A stretch of DNA of 64,000 nt, taken from an uncultured Mycoplasma sp. (GTDB lineage Bacteria > Bacillota_I > Bacilli_A > RF39 > UBA660). The notes under the pieces are model-generated. The model saw only the letters and a list, made by a program, of their open reading frames with translations. It ran no database searches and was not told the origin of the DNA. The stretch is from assembly GCA_945947035.1 (NCBI GenBank), contig CAMEXD010000001.1:26197-90196 (forward strand), written 5' to 3'. Made by a program: the position numbers and the translations under genes. Positions 60,695 to 64,000 of this stretch are shown in pieces. Numbering within the stretch: position 1 is the first letter of the stretch; each line of letters starts with the position of its first letter.

Positions 60695-61339
60695 ATGTAC
60701 GATATAAAAACATTATTTTTACTATTTTTAATCTATTCCTTTTTAGGTTGGTTAATGGAAACAATTTATTGTTCTATAGGATCAAAAAAATTTGCCGATC
60801 GAGGTTTTTTAATCGGACCTATTTGTCCAATATATGGATGTGGCGCGGTACTAATGACAATATTTTTAAAAAAATATTTAGATGATCCTTTAGTATTATT
60901 TATTATGGCTGTAGTAATATGTAGTATTCTAGAATATATAACAAGTTTTATAATGGAAAAATTATTTAATACTAGATGGTGGGACTATACAGGAAGATTA
61001 TTTAATATAAATGGTAGAATATGTCTATCAAATGCAGTTTGTTTTGGAGCATTAGGGATAATATTACTTTATTTTGTTAATCCTTTTATGATTTCTTTAC
61101 TTGAAAAAATAAATGATCAAATATTAACTATCATTTGTATAATATTTCTAAATTTGCTTTTACTAGATTATATATTTTCAACAATTATAATTAGTAAATT
61201 TACTAAAACTGCTAAATTAGTTAGAAAAGATTCAAGTAATGATATCAATAAAAAAGTAAGAGAATTATTGCTTTCTAAATCAGGATTTTATAAAAGACTT
61301 GTTAAAGCCTTTCCAAATTTTAGTCTTAGTAAAAAATAA
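60695..61339 (+). CDS. Putative ABC transporter permease (DUF1113-like)
   Basis: YSFLGWLME, RGFLIGPICPIYG, RWWDY, NINGRICL. Confidence 0.85.
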   Translation: MYDIKTLFLLFLIYSFLGWLMETIYCSIGSKKFADRGFLIGPICPIYGCGAVLMTIFLKKYLDDPLVLFIMAVVICSILEYITSFIMEKLFNTRWWDYTGRLFNINGRICLSNAVCFGALGIILLYFVNPFMISLLEKINDQILTIICIIFLNLLLLDYIFSTIIISKFTKTAKLVRKDSSNDINKKVRELLLSKSGFYKRLVKAFPNFSLSKK

Positions 61340-61368
61340 GATTTATATAATAAAAGAGGTGTTATTTT

Positions 61369-61541
61369 ATGAAGTTATTATCAAAAAAGTTGATTCTAAA
61401 AAAGATATTAAAAATATTAAGTCAAAAATAATAAATGAATCACTGCAAGAAGGTGAAACAATCATAAATGAACTAAAAAATGGTGATAGAAAAGGTTATA
61501 CAAACATGAACGATTTAATAAAATCATTAAATGATAACTAA
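61369..61541 (+). pseudogene. RelB/DinJ-like antitoxin remnant, frameshifted at codon 2
   Basis: GAGGTG SD then ATGAAGTT; one added G gives MEVIIKK...KGYTNMNDLIKSLNDN; no toxin follows. Confidence 0.4.
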
Positions 61542-61557
61542 AAACAGTTGAAATATA

Positions 61558-62232
61558 TCAACTGTTTTTAAATGCTATATAATCTAAATATGCTTCTTCA
61601 TCTAATGTTTTATCAAATGGCATAATTTTTTGTTTTCCATTTTTATTAGTTATTAAATTAGTAATAAAGTATTCCATAAATTCAGGATTTCTAGCAAGTA
61701 TTGGTCCAAGTAGATAAGTTCCATAGAAGTTATTTTTATAAATACCATATTCAATTAATTTATCATTTTGATAAATATTATCACTTTTATTTATAAAACC
61801 AAGTAAATTATCTTTTAAAAAAGTACAACTTACGTTAGCTTCTTTAACAATTCTATTTTTTTCCATTTTACAATAGAAATCAAAGATACCTAAAGCGTTA
61901 GTTTTATGATTATCTAAATCCATAATATATTTACCAAATAAAGGAAGAGCATTTCCTGTAATTAAGAAAAATTTATTATCATTAAAAGCTTTTTTTATTT
62001 CTTTTTTATACTTTAATAAATCTTTTAACACAATATCTCTATTATTTTCAGTGCCACATCCCATATATATTAAATCAAGATTAGAAAAATCAATTTTATC
62101 ATCAAGAGAAATTTTTTTAACAGAAACATCAATTCCTTGCTTTTTTAATTGGTATTCTAAAACTTTAATATTTCCATTTTCTCCATAAAGATTCATTAAA
62201 TCATAATATAAATGTCCAATTACTAATTTCAT
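61558..62232 (-). CDS. gatD: GatD-like glutamine amidotransferase subunit (catalytic Cys and His absent)
   Basis: LYYDLMNLYGENGN, YMGCG, GTYLLGPILARNP; overlaps murT. Confidence 0.85.
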   Translation of the reverse strand: MKLVIGHLYYDLMNLYGENGNIKVLEYQLKKQGIDVSVKKISLDDKIDFSNLDLIYMGCGTENNRDIVLKDLLKYKKEIKKAFNDNKFFLITGNALPLFGKYIMDLDNHKTNALGIFDFYCKMEKNRIVKEANVSCTFLKDNLLGFINKSDNIYQNDKLIEYGIYKNNFYGTYLLGPILARNPEFMEYFITNLITNKNGKQKIMPFDKTLDEEAYLDYIAFKNS

Positions 62233-63563
62233 TTTAATTCCTCCATTACTTCATTAAATGGTTTAACATAATCAAAATTAAGAATTGCATAAATTGTTCC
62301 ATTTGATGATTTTATTTCTTCTTTTGCATCAAACAAATCATAGTATACTTTTATTTTATCTTCAGGTATATTAGCATATTTTAATCTAACTGCTATATCA
62401 TATTTTTGAGGTCCAGTACAAATAAATTTATCAACAGAACCATCATTTAACAACTCAAAATCAATATCATAAAGCCAAGATAAATCATCAAAATTATATC
62501 TTCTTGATATCTCTTTCCATCCCAAAACAATTGTTTTTTTAGCTTTAGATCTTGATGCGAAAAGAATTGATTGATTATAAGTTGATGCATTTTCTGCTTT
62601 GTTATTTAAAACATAAACATCTCTTTTTCCACATTTATAATTTGAAAATATTTTATTATTATTGTTTATTTTGGAAATACTTTTAGCTATTTTTTCATTG
62701 CTTAAATTATTTAGTGAAAGACAAGCAAAAGCACCAAGAGTATTATATAAATTAAATAACATATTGTTAGTAATACTAACTTTATATTTATTATTAATTT
62801 TTATTTCATTTTTATCATAATTACAAGAAGTTATTTTATAAGTTAATAAAGGTCTTTTAAAATCACATTTAGGACATTTATATGATCCTAAAGTTTCAAT
62901 ATTATAATAATCATATTCCAAAGTACTTAAACATTTAGGACAACGATAGATATTTAAGTTATTAAATTTATTATCTTTATAAGAATATTTTAATTTTTCA
63001 ATACCAAAATAAGTAACATCATAAGTATTATCTAAATTAAATTTTAAAAGGTAAGGATCATCACCATTAATAATTAATTTTATGTCTTTGTTTAAAGATT
63101 TTTTTATTTCATCAAATATAAAATCAAAATGTCTTTGACGAGGAGGTTGATCTCTTGTGATATTATTTATAACAACATGTGTTGGTTTAACATAAGGAAA
63201 AACATATTTTGCATATCTTTCATCCATTTCAAAAACACAGACATCAGTTTTTACAACACCTTTTAAATTACAATTTTCAAGTAATGTTGATATTATTGCA
63301 CTTCTTTCATTAGAACCTTTGCCATTATAGGAAACAGTATAACCTAAATCTTTATAAACATTACTTATTATACTAGTAGTAGAGCCTTTTCCTGAAGAAC
63401 CAGTAACTGCAATAACAGTTTTAGGATATTTAAAATCACTTAAAATGTTTTTATTAAATTTATAACAAATATCACCAGGAAGTGAACTTCCTCTTCCTAT
63501 AAGTTTGCATGCAAATAAAGAAAATTTTCCTATTAAAATACTAAAAAAAGTTTTTATTTTCAT
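62229..63563 (-). CDS. murT: MurT ligase (lipid II isoglutaminyl synthase subunit)
   Basis: GSSLPG, VTGSSGKGST, EMDE, RDQ, CPKC..CPKC, SWLYDIDFE. Confidence 0.9.
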   Translation of the reverse strand: MKIKTFFSILIGKFSLFACKLIGRGSSLPGDICYKFNKNILSDFKYPKTVIAVTGSSGKGSTTSIISNVYKDLGYTVSYNGKGSNERSAIISTLLENCNLKGVVKTDVCVFEMDERYAKYVFPYVKPTHVVINNITRDQPPRQRHFDFIFDEIKKSLNKDIKLIINGDDPYLLKFNLDNTYDVTYFGIEKLKYSYKDNKFNNLNIYRCPKCLSTLEYDYYNIETLGSYKCPKCDFKRPLLTYKITSCNYDKNEIKINNKYKVSITNNMLFNLYNTLGAFACLSLNNLSNEKIAKSISKINNNNKIFSNYKCGKRDVYVLNNKAENASTYNQSILFASRSKAKKTIVLGWKEISRRYNFDDLSWLYDIDFELLNDGSVDKFICTGPQKYDIAVRLKYANIPEDKIKVYYDLFDAKEEIKSSNGTIYAILNFDYVKPFNEVMEELK

Positions 63564-63672
63564 CAATTATCACCTTCATAAAAAAAGTATACCACAAAAG
63601 ATAATAAATTACTTGTAAATTTCTAAAAAAAAAGATATAATTTTAAATAGATAGTAAAGGATATGTGATAAT

Positions 63673-64000
63673 ATGGAGAATATAAATAAAAAACGAATTA
63701 AAATTGCCATGATTGTTGCAATTGTTGGTACTATATCTTTATTAGTAGGGGTAAGTTATGCTATATTTAATACAGTATTAGAGTCAAGTAAAAATCAAGT
63801 AATAAAAGTAGGATCAATTGCTTTAAGGTTTACAGAAGAAAATGGTGGAATAGAATTATTAAACTTAGAAGAATTAACAGATGAAGAAGGAATAGCAAGC
63901 GATAATTATTACTCTTTTAGTATAGAAAACGTTGGAAGTAATGATGCTTATTATGAAATCAAGTTAATAGATGATCCAACAAAAACAAATACTTTATCTG
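63673..64000 (+). CDS. SipW-type secreted protein, 5' part; paralog of the 20106 gene
   Basis: MENINKKRIKIAMIVAIVGTISLLVGVSYAIFNTVLESSKNQVIKVGSIAL...LEELTDEEGIASDNYYSFSIEN; runs off the window. Confidence 0.8.
   Translation, partial: MENINKKRIKIAMIVAIVGTISLLVGVSYAIFNTVLESSKNQVIKVGSIALRFTEENGGIELLNLEELTDEEGIASDNYYSFSIENVGSNDAYYEIKLIDDPTKTNTLS

Overview
Very AT-rich chromosomal window in the standard genetic code (TGA used as stop, Trp as TGG). ftsA/ftsZ, murT/gatD, ltaS, a sortase and Bacillus-type dnaB/dnaI point to a walled Firmicute, and the N-domain-less ClpB suggests a reduced Bacilli lineage (RF39/UBA660-like; inference). Housekeeping genes include a class III RNR operon, trxB, clpB with CIRCE, phosphoketolase, folD, gatCAB and ftsAZ. 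An ~11 kb accessory block lies between convergent tRNA-Ser and tRNA-Gly. Highlights: (1) an unannotated type I toxin-antitoxin-like RNA locus at 13.0-13.6 kb, with a 20-aa hydrophobic peptide, a duplicated promoter-sRNA-terminator unit and 5'-3' fold-back pairing; (2) a DUF3800 RNase H-like gene with a convergent, separately promoted hairpin RNA, back-to-back with a KAP NTPase that has its own downstream sRNA candidate; (3) an intact but catalytically stripped NrdD paralog heading an nrdG / nrdD::redoxin / trxB operon; (4) a MurT/GatD pair lacking the whole glutaminase triad; (5) a SipW-type secreted protein whose C-terminus has a DGR variable-region codon signature. No CRISPR array, transposase or intact integrase was seen. 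All family assignments come from motif recognition by eye, not database searches.
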